In this document: positions 18,360-28,711 of the stretch, piece by piece | Numbering within the stretch: position 1 is the stretch's first letter | Layout of the letters: each line of letters opens with the position of its first letter | DNA from: an uncultured Nitrososphaerota archaeon | Lineage (GTDB): Archaea; Thermoproteota; Nitrososphaeria; Nitrososphaerales; CADDZS01 | Assembly (NCBI GenBank): GCA_963799845.1 | Contig: CAWCYI010000004.1 | Location: 640,001 to 704,000, forward strand | DNA: 64,000 nt | Reading direction: 5' to 3' | Translations under genes and position numbers: made by a program | The notes under the pieces: model-generated | What the model was told of the DNA's origin: nothing | The model's input: the letters and a program-made list of their open reading frames with translations, nothing else | Databases searched by the model: none

Positions 18360-19415
18360 TTGAGTGATCATGGAATGAGCGAAGCAATAGAAGTTGACAT
18401 TGGTGACCTGCCGGGTGTTGGTCCAGCGACAAGGGCGAAGCTTGAAAGTGGCGGAATAACGACCATTCTCGACCTCGCAGCCTCGACCACAAACGAGCTC
18501 GTGGATAGCCTGAATCTGACGGAGGAGACGGCGCATAATCTGGTTTTCGAAGCTCAGAAGCTCTTGAAGGAGAAGGGTTATCTCGAAAAGGACCTCGTCT
18601 CTGCAAACGAGCTCTTCGCAAGAAGGGCAAAGATGCTTAGATGCACCACTTATTCTCAGAACCTCGACAATCTTCTCATCGGTGGAATCGAGACTCAGGC
18701 TGTGACCGAGTTCTACGGGGAGTTCGGTTCAGGAAAGACCCAGATCTGCCACACGGTATGCGTTTCTGCGCAGCTTCCGGTAGATCAACACGGACTGGGC
18801 GGTTCAGCCCTTTACATTGATACCGAGTCAACATTCAGACCGGAAAGAGTTGCCCAGATAGCTAAAGCAAGAGATCTGGACGTTGAAAGTATTCTGAACA
18901 ACATCCACGTCGCAAAAATCTACAACGCGAGCCATCTCGAACTTATCGTCAGGGCGATGGGTGGCCTGATCCAGCAAAACAACATCAAGCTCGTAATCGT
19001 CGACAGCATAATCAGCCTCCACAGGGCAGAGTTCCTCGGAAGGGGATCGCTTTCGGAACGACAGCAGAAGCTCAACGCGATCATGCACCGTTTGAAGAGG
19101 GTTGCCGAGATCTACAACGTCGCAGTTATCATCACAAATCAGGTACAGGCGACTCCGGACACTTTCTTCGGCGATCCAACTAAAGCCGCTGGAGGCAACA
19201 TCATCGGACACGCGTCTACCTACAGGATCTACCTGCGCAAGGCGGGACAGGAGCGCAAGGCAATTATGATCGACAGTCCGATGCACCCGTACGGCGATAC
19301 AAACTTCATGGTAGTTGAGGCCGGGATAACTGATCCGATGGACAAGAAACCTGCCAAGGTGTTCAAGAGTCCATCGAGGCATCAGGAAAAGGAACGCGAT
19401 AATGAGGAAGAGTAG
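18360..19415 (+). CDS. radA: DNA repair and recombination protein RadA
   Basis: N-terminal HhH (LPGVGP), GGIETQAVTEFYGEFGSGKTQ, YIDTESTFRPER, IVDSI, FLGRGSLSERQQKL, TNQV, GGNIIGHAST; exact start (18360 TTG vs 18375 ATG) uncertain. Confidence 0.97.
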   Translation: MSDHGMSEAIEVDIGDLPGVGPATRAKLESGGITTILDLAASTTNELVDSLNLTEETAHNLVFEAQKLLKEKGYLEKDLVSANELFARRAKMLRCTTYSQNLDNLLIGGIETQAVTEFYGEFGSGKTQICHTVCVSAQLPVDQHGLGGSALYIDTESTFRPERVAQIAKARDLDVESILNNIHVAKIYNASHLELIVRAMGGLIQQNNIKLVIVDSIISLHRAEFLGRGSLSERQQKLNAIMHRLKRVAEIYNVAVIITNQVQATPDTFFGDPTKAAGGNIIGHASTYRIYLRKAGQERKAIMIDSPMHPYGDTNFMVVEAGITDPMDKKPAKVFKSPSRHQEKERDNEEE

Positions 19416-19434
19416 GAAACTACTCTTTTTCCTA
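19413..19434. terminator. Hairpin/T-tract between the convergent radA and microprotein ORF
   Basis: TAGGAAA-ctactctt-TTTCCTA. Confidence 0.4.
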
Positions 19435-19439
19435 TGCCG

Positions 19440-19574
19440 TCAATACCAGGGTTGAACTTTGGTATGACAGGCGCATGGACATAGAATGTTGTATACCAAG
19501 CCGTCAACTTTAATCAAGGACTGGTTGTCGTGGTTGTGCTTACACGTCGCACAAACCTGCACCGTTACTGCCAT
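19440..19574 (-). CDS. 44-aa Cys/His-rich metal-binding microprotein (not in ORF track)
   Basis: MAVTVQVCATCKHNHDNQSLIKVDGLVYNILCPCACHTKVQPWY; AT-rich box about 25 nt upstream. Confidence 0.6.
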   Translation of the reverse strand: MAVTVQVCATCKHNHDNQSLIKVDGLVYNILCPCACHTKVQPWY

Positions 19575-19655
19575 GAGAAATGGTGAGCCAGTTTTATTTC
19601 TAAAACTCCAGATCAAGCGATGTTGACAAGAAGCATTCCAAAAAACTGACTCCCC

Positions 19656-20291
19656 ATGACTTCGAGACCGCTCTCAATAGATAATCAGGCAACATTCAAG
19701 AAGGGAATCGAACACCTCCGACGGAACGACGCCAAGCTAGCCACGGTGATTGAGAAACATGGACGTCTTGAGTTTACGGCAGAAGGCGAGATGTTCCAAT
19801 CTCTGGTCGAATCGATTCTAGGTCAACAGCTCGCGGGGGCCGCCGCATCTGCAATTACCGGTCGCGTGAAGAAACTCTATCCCGGCGGTACGATTGAGGC
19901 TCTTGCTCTTTACGCGACACCAATTAGGAAACTGAGAAAAGCCGGAGTTTCGCCCCAAAAGATTCGATATCTGAAGGATCTTTCACGCAGGGTCGTGAAA
20001 GGAAAACTCGATCTCGAATCTCTGAAAAATGAGGAAGATTCGGTACTTCTGGAAGCGCTTGATGAAGTTCTCGGGATCGGTCCCTGGACAATACACATGC
20101 TGCTGATTTTCACTCTCGGGCGACCTGATGTATTGCCTGTCGACGACCTCGGAATCAGAAAGGCTATCCAGGAGCTCTATTCGTTGCCAGATTTGCCAAA
20201 GAAAGAGAAGATTGAGGAGCTCGCGAAAAATTGGCACCCATACTGCTCCGTTGCAAGTTTGTATCTTTGGAGATACAAAGACTCGGCCTAG
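19656..20291 (+). CDS. alkA: DNA-3-methyladenine glycosylase II (AlkA, HhH-GPD)
   Basis: SILGQQL, GIGPWT, GRPDVLPVDDLGIR, WHPYCSVASLYLW. Confidence 0.92.
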   Translation: MTSRPLSIDNQATFKKGIEHLRRNDAKLATVIEKHGRLEFTAEGEMFQSLVESILGQQLAGAAASAITGRVKKLYPGGTIEALALYATPIRKLRKAGVSPQKIRYLKDLSRRVVKGKLDLESLKNEEDSVLLEALDEVLGIGPWTIHMLLIFTLGRPDVLPVDDLGIRKAIQELYSLPDLPKKEKIEELAKNWHPYCSVASLYLWRYKDSA

Positions 20292-20333
20292 GGTGGAAAG
20301 ACTCAATATTCCAAACTCTGACTGAATTGTGCG

Positions 20334-21155
20334 ATGTCAAATTACAAGGAATTTGCCGATGATTCACTTGTCATTTCCGTTGACGAAGCTGCGAAACTCG
20401 TCAACAACGCCAACGTCGTATTCATAGATACCAGAAATTACTGGAAGTATGTGAAGGGTCACATCCCCGGCGCGTTCAACCTTGAGCTGTACGCCTTCCA
20501 CTGGGTCGATACTTCGGAAGATGGAATCCGCGCATTCGCAAAGCAGATGCGAATGTTATTCGGATCACTGGGCATAAGTGAGAAGACTACCGTCGTATTT
20601 TATCAGAATAACAGCGGGTACGATGCGGCCCGAGGTGTTTGGCTGTTGAACTTTTTGGGGCATGGTGATTCAAGATTGCTTGACGGAGGGCTAAATCTCT
20701 GGAAAAGAAGAGGACTCGCGACAAGCACCGAAGATCCTAAACCTCGGAAGAAATCAAATTTCAGAGAGTTCTTGAATGAATCTGTGTTAATTACCAAGGG
20801 CTTGATGTCATCAGACATCAGGAATAAATCACTGCAGCTGATCGACGTCAGAAATGCAGGGGAGTTTGGCGGCACTTTCCGGCGGGCGTCAAAAGCCGGG
20901 CATGTACCTGGAGCTATCAACCTGGAGTGGAAGGCCGCGTTGAGAAATGATGGTACTTTGAAGGATGCCCGCCAGTTGAGCAAGTTGTATTCAATCTTGG
21001 ATAAGAACCGCGAGACTGCGACATACTGTCAGAGCGGTTATCGAGCAGCTCATTCTTGGTTAGTGCTGAAGTTGCTTGGCTTTGGCGACGTCAGGAATTA
21101 CCTAGGTTCATGGTACGAGTGGGGAAATGACTCTGACGCAAGTGTGACAAAATGA
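20334..21155 (+). CDS. Tandem-domain rhodanese / thiosulfate sulfurtransferase
   Basis: GHIPGA, LLDGGL, GHVPGAINL, active site CQSGYRA, YLGSWYEW. Confidence 0.92.
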   Translation: MSNYKEFADDSLVISVDEAAKLVNNANVVFIDTRNYWKYVKGHIPGAFNLELYAFHWVDTSEDGIRAFAKQMRMLFGSLGISEKTTVVFYQNNSGYDAARGVWLLNFLGHGDSRLLDGGLNLWKRRGLATSTEDPKPRKKSNFREFLNESVLITKGLMSSDIRNKSLQLIDVRNAGEFGGTFRRASKAGHVPGAINLEWKAALRNDGTLKDARQLSKLYSILDKNRETATYCQSGYRAAHSWLVLKLLGFGDVRNYLGSWYEWGNDSDASVTK

Positions 21156-21186
21156 ACAATCGCAAATTGAACCAGGTGATATCGTA

Positions 21187-21531
21187 ATGGCTGTGCGCGG
21201 GGCATCTGACAAGATCGTGGCGAGGGTATCTTCGTGGGAGGGAGTTACAGCTGCGCCGCATCGTTTCGGAGGAATAGAATTCAGGTTGGGTCGAAGGGAG
21301 ATCGGACACCTCCACGGAAATTATCAGGCAGACATTCCTTTTCCAAAACCGCTCAGAGATAGCCTGGTCGCGGAGGGAAGGGCAGAGCCACATCATATTC
21401 TGCCCGAAAGTGGCTGGATCACTTTTCGACTAGTGAAATCTGAAGATATAGAGAAGGCGGTCGAACTCTTTAGGATGTCTTACGATAATTCCAGATCCAA
21501 AATAGACGGTTCAAGACCGCTCAATTCGTGA
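21187..21531 (+). CDS. DUF5519 / luciferase-like family protein
   Basis: PHRFGGIEFRLGRREIGHLH, AEPHHILPESGWIT. Confidence 0.78.
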   Translation: MAVRGASDKIVARVSSWEGVTAAPHRFGGIEFRLGRREIGHLHGNYQADIPFPKPLRDSLVAEGRAEPHHILPESGWITFRLVKSEDIEKAVELFRMSYDNSRSKIDGSRPLNS

Positions 21532-21585
21532 ACTTCAGCAAGAATATTACCACGTTGAAAGAGGGGTGGAACACTGGACAAATTA

Positions 21586-22392
21586 TTGGCGACTAGGAAC
21601 AAGATTACACCTTTTCTCGATCGCGTTTACAACAAGGACGTACTGGAGTTACTTCGCGAGCTCCCCGACAACTCGGTAGACTGCATCTACGCTGATCCGG
21701 ATTACAACGTGGGTGTAAAGTACAACAACGTTTCTTACACAAAAAAATTCGATGAATACATTTCCTGGTGCATATCATGGTCAAGAGAGAGCCATCGGGT
21801 GCTGAAAGAAAGTGGAAATCTATTCATCATAAACTATCCAAAGAATAATGCTTACTTGCGAACTCGGTATCTGGATGAAGCGTTCTGGGATGTTCAGGAA
21901 TACGTGTGGATTTACAATACAAATATCGGCCACAGTAAGAGGAGGTTCACCACGGCGCACAGATCAATTCTCCATTGCACAAAATCCGAGGATAATGATT
22001 TCTTCAAAGAAAACGTTGCCGAGCCGTACGAAAATCCGACGGACCGAAGAATCAAAAAACTACTCCATGACGGAAAGCCGGGTCGAATGCCGTACAGCTG
22101 GCTGTATGTCGATCTTGTGAAAAACGTTGGCTTCACGAAGACATTCCATGCTTGCCAGATTCCGGAAGATCTGTCTCACAAATTGATCGCCAGCTCAACC
22201 CAGCCGGGAGACACTGTCCTGATACTCTTCGGAGGGAGCGGATCGGAGATCATGGAGTGCAGGAAAATGAAAAGGCGATTCATAGCTGCTGAAATCGACA
22301 AGCGTTATTTCGACCTGATCTCACGAAGATTGAAGACAGACGGCCCTCTGCCAGAAGAGCTTCGTCTAATGAGCAATATGAAGAAAATCTAG
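21586..22392 (+). CDS. Orphan beta-class amino (N6A/N4C) DNA methyltransferase
   Basis: Catalytic motif IV reads DPDY before SAM motif LFGGSGS; no adjacent restriction endonuclease. Confidence 0.85.
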   Translation: MATRNKITPFLDRVYNKDVLELLRELPDNSVDCIYADPDYNVGVKYNNVSYTKKFDEYISWCISWSRESHRVLKESGNLFIINYPKNNAYLRTRYLDEAFWDVQEYVWIYNTNIGHSKRRFTTAHRSILHCTKSEDNDFFKENVAEPYENPTDRRIKKLLHDGKPGRMPYSWLYVDLVKNVGFTKTFHACQIPEDLSHKLIASSTQPGDTVLILFGGSGSEIMECRKMKRRFIAAEIDKRYFDLISRRLKTDGPLPEELRLMSNMKKI

Positions 22393-22419
22393 GCAGATAT
22401 GACTCGCCGAACTATTCCC

Positions 22420-22824
22420 TTATTCAGCGACTAATTCTTCGACGACGTCAAATCCTTCGTCTGTTGATGGTGGCTGAAGTATCTTGTAGTAGAATCGAAC
22501 GGCTTTATCTGGAACATGCTCTTTGCCTGTCCGCGAGGCATTTCTCTGCAAAGCAAGATCAACTGGACAGTTGATGTAAATCGCGCGGATTGGAATCCCG
22601 AACAATTTTGCAATTTGTACATATTTCTTTCTTGACTTTTGAGTTGTATTCGTATTGTCCACGATGATGTCGCTACCGTTCATGAGGCAAGTCGCTATCT
22701 CCTCATCCTCTTTCTTGCGAGTGTGCAGAGTGTCGAGGTTCAAGCGCTTATGATTCGGAAATCTATTCCTCGCAATGGTGGACTTTCCGCTGCCAGGAAT
22801 GCCGACAAGTACGATGATTTCCAA
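22420..22824 (-). CDS. Polynucleotide-kinase-like P-loop protein (AAA_33)
   Basis: GIPGSGKST, LNLDTL, IVDNTN, QRNASR, PPSTDEGFD. Confidence 0.85.
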   Translation of the reverse strand: MEIIVLVGIPGSGKSTIARNRFPNHKRLNLDTLHTRKKEDEEIATCLMNGSDIIVDNTNTTQKSRKKYVQIAKLFGIPIRAIYINCPVDLALQRNASRTGKEHVPDKAVRFYYKILQPPSTDEGFDVVEELVAE

Positions 22825-22891
22825 GCGACTCTCCGAAAATTTGATCCAAAAAAAAGTGAAGACGATGAGATCGAACCGATCTCAATCGTTC

Positions 22892-23875
22892 CTACATCTT
22901 CAGTGATTCTTTGAGAGTCTTGTACCTGTTTCTGATAGTGACTTCAGTCACTCCGGCCGCTTGAGCGTAGTCCTTCTGCGTCTTTGCCTCGTTTTCCATT
23001 ACGCTCGCGACATAGAGAGCAGCTGCGGCAAGTCCCATGGGATCTTTTCCAGCCGAACCGCCTGTCTCCTGAGCTTTACGAAGGATCTCGAGTGCACGTC
23101 TTTGAGTTCTCTCGCTCGCTCCAGCCTTGCTTCCGATTCTCGAAATGTACTTCGCAGGATTCCTTACTGGCATTCGCAAGTCCATCTCCTTCAAAATCAA
23201 CCGATAGCTCTGGGCCAAGTCGTTTTTCTTTACACCGCTAGCTGACGCCAAGTCCTTCAAAGTCCTCGGTGTCTCGGTGTCTCGCAACGCGGCATAGAGC
23301 GAAGCTGTAATCATGGAAGAAATAGATCTTCCCCGGATCAGTTTCTTCTCCATCGCTTTACGATAGATGTACGCGGCCTTCTCGATGACCGGCCCGCCAA
23401 CATTAATTTTCTCGGCGAGTCTATCCAGTTGACTGAAAGCCTGCCTCAAATTTCTGTCGGCAGAATTATGTACCTTGCTCCTGCGATCCCAAGTTCGCAG
23501 ACGTTCCAGCTGATTTTTCATCGATGCCTTCAGCGCATTTCCGGAGGCATCGGTGCTCTCAAGACCGATTACGGTTGAGAGGCCCATGTCATGCAGAGCG
23601 AGACTACTTGGCGAGCCAGTTCTGCTCCTGTCGTCCTCGCCCTGTTCCTTTGCAAAGTTTCTCCACTCTGGGCCGGTATCCTCGATACCTTCCTTAATCA
23701 CGTAACCGCAATTTGTGCAAACCTGCTCTCCAGTATTTGCATCCAAAACCAAACTGCTCTGTCCGCACCTCGGGCACCTGATAAGACCCTGAGGCCTTCT
23801 CACCATCGACAAATTCTTGCTATTCTCTATGCTCAAATCTCCTACACCTCTCTGGAAAGTATTATTAAGGAGCAC
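22892..23875 (-). CDS. tfb: Transcription initiation factor IIB (TFB)
   Basis: Zn ribbon CPRC..CTNC, GPEWR, LHDMGLST, two cyclin repeats, AGVTEVTIRNRY. Confidence 0.96.
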   Translation of the reverse strand: MLLNNTFQRGVGDLSIENSKNLSMVRRPQGLIRCPRCGQSSLVLDANTGEQVCTNCGYVIKEGIEDTGPEWRNFAKEQGEDDRSRTGSPSSLALHDMGLSTVIGLESTDASGNALKASMKNQLERLRTWDRRSKVHNSADRNLRQAFSQLDRLAEKINVGGPVIEKAAYIYRKAMEKKLIRGRSISSMITASLYAALRDTETPRTLKDLASASGVKKNDLAQSYRLILKEMDLRMPVRNPAKYISRIGSKAGASERTQRRALEILRKAQETGGSAGKDPMGLAAAALYVASVMENEAKTQKDYAQAAGVTEVTIRNRYKTLKESLKM

Positions 23876-23922
23876 ACGCCCTTATAAACCTTTGTCTTCC
23901 CGAGACACTATGAACGGAAGAT

Positions 23923-24642
23923 TTAGGGCTTTGAGGGCGACTCTGTCGGAAGTTTCTCTCCGGACTTCGAATCGGTGGGATTTTGGGGCGAAGAAGGTCT
24001 GTTCGCTACCCAGTGGACTATTAAAGCAAAAGCAGCAAACAACGGAATCAGGACCAAATCGCTAATCTCCGGATAAATCGTCTCGACGAACCAGAAAGTT
24101 GCGAACGATAGCAATACCGAAGACACAACAACTTTCATGTTTGCCTGTTTTATCTTCCGAACCTGATTTCGCAGAACGAAAGTCGAAACGATGACGATTG
24201 CAATCCCGACAATTAAACCGAGTATTGTTGAAACATAATTGTTGGGGAGGAGACCAACGAGAACTATCGAGGCTTCAAAAGCCTCGATCGCCCCCACAGA
24301 AAATCCTGTGTAAAATAATCCTTTTTCAAATTCTTCTGAAGCGCCAAACCCCCCTTTCCTTCCTCTGACAACAGATCGCCTAGCGCTGCGGGTCAACCTC
24401 AGACCAAAGTAAAGTAGTAGAATTGCACCTACCAATCGAATTACAACTATTGGGAGAAGGGAAATCGCGTCACCGAGCAAGAGAGTCGGGACGAGTACTA
24501 CAGTGATCCCAAGAGCGACGTACAGAAAAGCTGCATGTTTGCGGGTATCCCCGTATAGTGCTACGGCGACAGCTGCCGCTTCAACTAGCTCAAGGGTAGT
24601 TATTCCCAGTGCAGCTAAAAATACCGCGGGATCAAACGGCAA
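23923..24642 (-). CDS. Membrane protein with duplicated ExxEA motif (COG4280 / TMEM165-FTR1-like metal transporter)
   Basis: TTLELVEAAAVAV and GAIEAFEASIVLV in two halves, 6-7 TM. Confidence 0.65.
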   Translation of the reverse strand: MPFDPAVFLAALGITTLELVEAAAVAVALYGDTRKHAAFLYVALGITVVLVPTLLLGDAISLLPIVVIRLVGAILLLYFGLRLTRSARRSVVRGRKGGFGASEEFEKGLFYTGFSVGAIEAFEASIVLVGLLPNNYVSTILGLIVGIAIVIVSTFVLRNQVRKIKQANMKVVVSSVLLSFATFWFVETIYPEISDLVLIPLFAAFALIVHWVANRPSSPQNPTDSKSGEKLPTESPSKP

Positions 24643-24702
24643 AATGTTTCGATAAGAAAAGTTCCAAATTATAAATGCCTTGTGAGCTAAGAGGGCTCCG
24701 GT

Positions 24703-25137
24703 TTATCTAAGCTCGTCGAGTGGCGTCGGCAGTTTGGGTTCAAGCAAGTCATTGTCGTGAAAAGGTTCCAATTTACCGTTCACGTCGATGAAATGCTTGT
24801 CATATCTCGGGGTAACTTCAATTCCTGAAGTCGCACGCCTGACAACCTCTTCCTTGGGCACTGGTATCGAGGTGTCGTAATACTTGAAAACCTTGATCCT
24901 CGGATCGGAATAATCAAAAATCGAGCCCATAATTCGCGTGCAATTCAGACTTTTCAGGGCGGCAGTGCGGTGGTGGCCGTCGTGAATCATGTACTTGCCT
25001 TTCCATTTTGAACCCAGCAGGTCCAGTCGCGAGATCGCTATAGGTCTGAGTTGAAATCCATCTCGCTCCATTTCGGATTTGACTTCCAAGATATGCGCCT
25101 CGATAACTCCCTCATGAGGCACAAGGTCTGTCATCAT
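24703..25137 (-). CDS. ParB/sulfiredoxin-like N-terminal domain protein
   Basis: LVPHE, RPIAI, YMIHDGHHRTAALKSL; start placed at ATG 25137, true start may be slightly upstream. Confidence 0.78.
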   Translation of the reverse strand: MMTDLVPHEGVIEAHILEVKSEMERDGFQLRPIAISRLDLLGSKWKGKYMIHDGHHRTAALKSLNCTRIMGSIFDYSDPRIKVFKYYDTSIPVPKEEVVRRATSGIEVTPRYDKHFIDVNGKLEPFHDNDLLEPKLPTPLDELR

Positions 25138-25383
25138 GATTTTTGAAATTTCGAATTTGAGGGCAAATTGCTCTCCGGAAGAGCCACGACTCAATGGATT
25201 ACAAAAAAGCTTGCGAGATCCACCATATTTAAGATGTTGAGTTCCAATCGGTACACAGAAACCGAATAATTCAGGGAATTCATTCTTGTAGACGAGAAAC
25301 CCAAAATACCTGTAGAAACTGAATCGGTGTTTGGTTAATTGATGCGCGAGCGAAGTCCAAATCATTCCAGAAGACTTGACGGC

Positions 25384-26847
25384 ATGAAGACCGGATTTAC
25401 TTTTGATGACGTTCTACTAGTTCCGAAATATTCCGAAATTAGATCCAGGAAGGAAGTTTCGACTACTACCGTATTGACTGAGAAAATTGAACTCAGCATT
25501 CCAATTGTGTCAGCAAATATGGACACCGTGACCGAGGCCGACATGGCAATCGCGATCGCGAGAGAAGGTGGAATAGGGATCATCCACCGTTTCATGAGTC
25601 CCGAACAACAGATTGCGCAGGTCTCCAAAGTGAAGCGAACCGAATCAATAATCATCGAGACTCCTTACACGCTTCGCGAATCATCAAATGTTGCAGAAGT
25701 CAAGCGTTTGATGAGCGAGCGAAATGTTGGTGGCATTCTAATCGTATCCGAAGATGGAAAGCTGAAAGGAATTGTCACAACCCGGGATCTGAGGTTCGTT
25801 GACGAACCCAATTTGAAAGTCGGTGAAGTCATGACCAGGAGATCAGATCTCGTCGTTGCCCCCAAGAAAACTACTCCCGAAAGGGCGAGGGAAATAATGC
25901 GAGAAACAAAAATTGAGAAGCTGCCGCTCGTCGATAAGGAGGATCGACTGGCAGGTTTGATTACAGCCAAGGACATCCTCAAAAGAAAGCAGTTCCCGAA
26001 CGCAAGCAAGGATCCAAGGGGAAGACTGAGGGTCGGCGCGGCAGTCGGCGTCAAGGGGGATTTTCTCGAAAGGGCAAAAGGCCTGCAGGATGTTGGGGCA
26101 GATGTGCTAGTCTTGGATATTGCCCACGGGCACAGTCGACATGCCCTTGAAGCTATCATGGAGATCAAGAAAACTCTGGGACGAGACCTGCAATTAATCG
26201 CCGGCAACGTCGCGACCGAGCGAGGCGCTCAAGATCTGATAAGAGCTGGAGCCGACTCGGTGAAGGTCGGAGTCGGGAGTGGATCAATTTGCATCACAAG
26301 AATAGTTACTGGATCGGGAGTCCCTCAGCTGACTGCGATTTCCGAATGCGCCAAGGCAACCAAGGATGCTGGAGTTACTTTGATTGCCGACGGCGGGATA
26401 CGAAATTCGGGCGATATTACAAAGGCTTTGGTTGCCGGAGCCGACAGCGTCATGGTGGGAAGCCTTCTCGCAGGAACAGATGAAAGCCCCGGAGAGATTG
26501 TGTATCGAGGAAATTATCGGTATAAAGTTACCCGGGGCATGGCATCGATGTCCGCGAGAAAAGACCAGCTGTCGAGGGGGAGAGACTTGCGGTTGGACAT
26601 CCGCGCGGAAAACCTCGAAGAGCAGGAACCTGATCTAATTGATTATGTCCCCGAGGGAGTTGAGGCGATTGTCCCGTACAAGGGACGCGCGGTAAATGTG
26701 ATACGACAGTTGGTCGGAGGGCTCAAAAGCGGCCTAAGCTACTGCGGGTCGAGGAATCTCAAGGATCTTAGATTGAACGGCGAATTCATGAGAATCACAG
26801 AAGTTGGGTTGAAAGAGTCGATGCCTCACGATGTGAAGGAACTCTAG
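25384..26847 (+). CDS. guaB: IMP dehydrogenase
   Basis: [18 protein letters not shown], two CBS domains, [33 protein letters not shown]. Confidence 0.96.
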   Translation: MKTGFTFDDVLLVPKYSEIRSRKEVSTTTVLTEKIELSIPIVSANMDTVTEADMAIAIAREGGIGIIHRFMSPEQQIAQVSKVKRTESIIIETPYTLRESSNVAEVKRLMSERNVGGILIVSEDGKLKGIVTTRDLRFVDEPNLKVGEVMTRRSDLVVAPKKTTPERAREIMRETKIEKLPLVDKEDRLAGLITAKDILKRKQFPNASKDPRGRLRVGAAVGVKGDFLERAKGLQDVGADVLVLDIAHGHSRHALEAIMEIKKTLGRDLQLIAGNVATERGAQDLIRAGADSVKVGVGSGSICITRIVTGSGVPQLTAISECAKATKDAGVTLIADGGIRNSGDITKALVAGADSVMVGSLLAGTDESPGEIVYRGNYRYKVTRGMASMSARKDQLSRGRDLRLDIRAENLEEQEPDLIDYVPEGVEAIVPYKGRAVNVIRQLVGGLKSGLSYCGSRNLKDLRLNGEFMRITEVGLKESMPHDVKEL

Positions 26848-27040
26848 CAATCTACGCGCCTCTCATATCCGGTTTGATAAATTTCGTTCTGCTCAATATC
26901 GGCCAACAAATCTAGCCATTATTGTTGACAGTTCCTGTAATCATCGAAACTGAGCGCACTCGTTTTAGCCAGTGGCTACTATGTTTTGTTTGGAGTTTAT
27001 CGCGGATCAGAAAATCACTTCGTGAATTGGAGGAATTAAT

Positions 27041-28108
27041 TTGGACGCCGAGAAAAACAAGAAACTCCAGCAATACGCGACGATTCTCACGGATCAAGCA
27101 AAAGAAGCCGAGCTGTCGGGTAAATCCGACGACGCGATAAAGCACTACCTCAAGTTGGTGGACGTATTCCTAGTCCTAGCGAGCGAGGCGGCCGATCACA
27201 ACACGTGGTTACAATACATCAGACAAGCGGAAGCGTACCAAACGAGAATCAGGTCTCTCGTCCCAAAGGATCAGGGTTCTCAAGACTTGATCGGTAGGAT
27301 TCCCCCACCTCCTAACGAGAGAATAAATCCGCTTATTGTGCGTAAAATGGACCCCGTTTCTCAACAAACAACCAGCCCGCCTACGAATCAGTCAGCGGCG
27401 AATCCTCCCAGGTCAAGTCCAATCACAAAAATTCTCAAGCCTTTTCAGAATCGCGAGGTAGAAGTCGATCCGACTACAAACTTAGTGGCGAGGCAAACGA
27501 TTCAAACACCTGCTCCATCCCCGACCATGCAATCACAGGTATCTCCGCCCGCTCCTCCTAAACCATCGGTGGCTCCAGCCGAGGAAAAAAGTCCTGTACC
27601 GCACGAGCTTTACGAGCGAGCGCTGTCAGAAAATAGGATCCTCCATGAGAGGCTTCAGACTATAGTAAAAGAGACGGATGATAAAGCGGCTTTCCTAGAG
27701 TCTAGAAATCGGGAGCTTGAGGAGAGAATTGCCATGATGGTATCCAGATCAGAGTATGATCTCCTTCGAGCGGAATTTGAGAACACGGTGCCGAAACACG
27801 AGTATGATCGAGTAAAAACGGAGCTCTCAAACACCGTTCCGATCACGCATTACGATCAACTCCTAGATCGGATTGCAAACATGGTCCCCAGGGAAATCTA
27901 CATGACTTCCGAGCGCCGTATTCTCGAACTCGAAGACAATCTTCGCCACTCTGTTCCATTCAACGTGATTGACGAAATCGCCAACGAAGTCTCTTACGTC
28001 AGTATTCTAGCAGAGGTTCCTCCGATCGTTTCGGAGAACCCAAAGAAGGACAATGACGAAGAGATTCAGCTTGTTAAGAACGCCGAAGAAAATCCTAAGC
28101 TATCGTGA
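27041..28108 (+). CDS. MIT-domain protein with Pro-rich linker, coiled coil and 16-aa repeats
   Basis: N-terminal three-helix pattern A..A.EAE..G..DDAIKHY....DVF....YQTRIRSL resembling Vps4/CdvC MIT; VxxxxY repeats; no Walker motifs. Confidence 0.65.
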   Translation: MDAEKNKKLQQYATILTDQAKEAELSGKSDDAIKHYLKLVDVFLVLASEAADHNTWLQYIRQAEAYQTRIRSLVPKDQGSQDLIGRIPPPPNERINPLIVRKMDPVSQQTTSPPTNQSAANPPRSSPITKILKPFQNREVEVDPTTNLVARQTIQTPAPSPTMQSQVSPPAPPKPSVAPAEEKSPVPHELYERALSENRILHERLQTIVKETDDKAAFLESRNRELEERIAMMVSRSEYDLLRAEFENTVPKHEYDRVKTELSNTVPITHYDQLLDRIANMVPREIYMTSERRILELEDNLRHSVPFNVIDEIANEVSYVSILAEVPPIVSENPKKDNDEEIQLVKNAEENPKLS

Positions 28109-28664
28109 CTTCGACTTTCTTCAACTTGTCAAAGTAGTGTTTTCGGAACTTTGCAACTTTTGGAGCTACTATCGCCCGACAGTAAGGTTGGTACGGATTA
28201 TTCTTGAAGTAATTCTGGTGGTACTCCTCAGCTTTGAAGAATTCCACAAGAGGAACTAGCTGCGTCACGGTCGGCCTTCCCCACATCTTACTCTTGTTTA
28301 TCTCGTCGATGACTTCCTCGGCTACTTTCTTTTGATTCTCGTCGCTGTAGAAAATCACTGACCGGTATTGGCTGCCAGTGTCCGCACCCTGTCTGTTTAG
28401 GGTGGTGGGGTCATGGATTGAGAAAAAGACCTGAAGTATTTCTCGATATGTGATTACGGAAGGGTCGTACGTGACCCGAACAACCTCAGCATGACCAGTT
28501 TCGTCCGAACAAACGTCTTCATAGGTCGGATTCCTAACGGATCCACCTGAATATCCAGATTCGACCTTCAAGACACCCTTCAGCTCAGTGTAAACCGCTT
28601 CGAGGCACCAGAAGCAACCTCCGCCGAGAGTCGCTATTTCAAGATCGGGCAAATTACTACTCAT
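28095..28664 (-). CDS. msrA: Peptide methionine sulfoxide reductase A
   Basis: GGGCFWCLE, TGHAEVV, HDPTTLNRQGAD, AEEYHQNY. Confidence 0.97.
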   Translation of the reverse strand: MSSNLPDLEIATLGGGCFWCLEAVYTELKGVLKVESGYSGGSVRNPTYEDVCSDETGHAEVVRVTYDPSVITYREILQVFFSIHDPTTLNRQGADTGSQYRSVIFYSDENQKKVAEEVIDEINKSKMWGRPTVTQLVPLVEFFKAEEYHQNYFKNNPYQPYCRAIVAPKVAKFRKHYFDKLKKVEVTIA

Positions 28665-28711
28665 GGGTGAGGTAAAACGATGTTCCGGGGTATAAACGTG
28701 TCAGTCAACCC

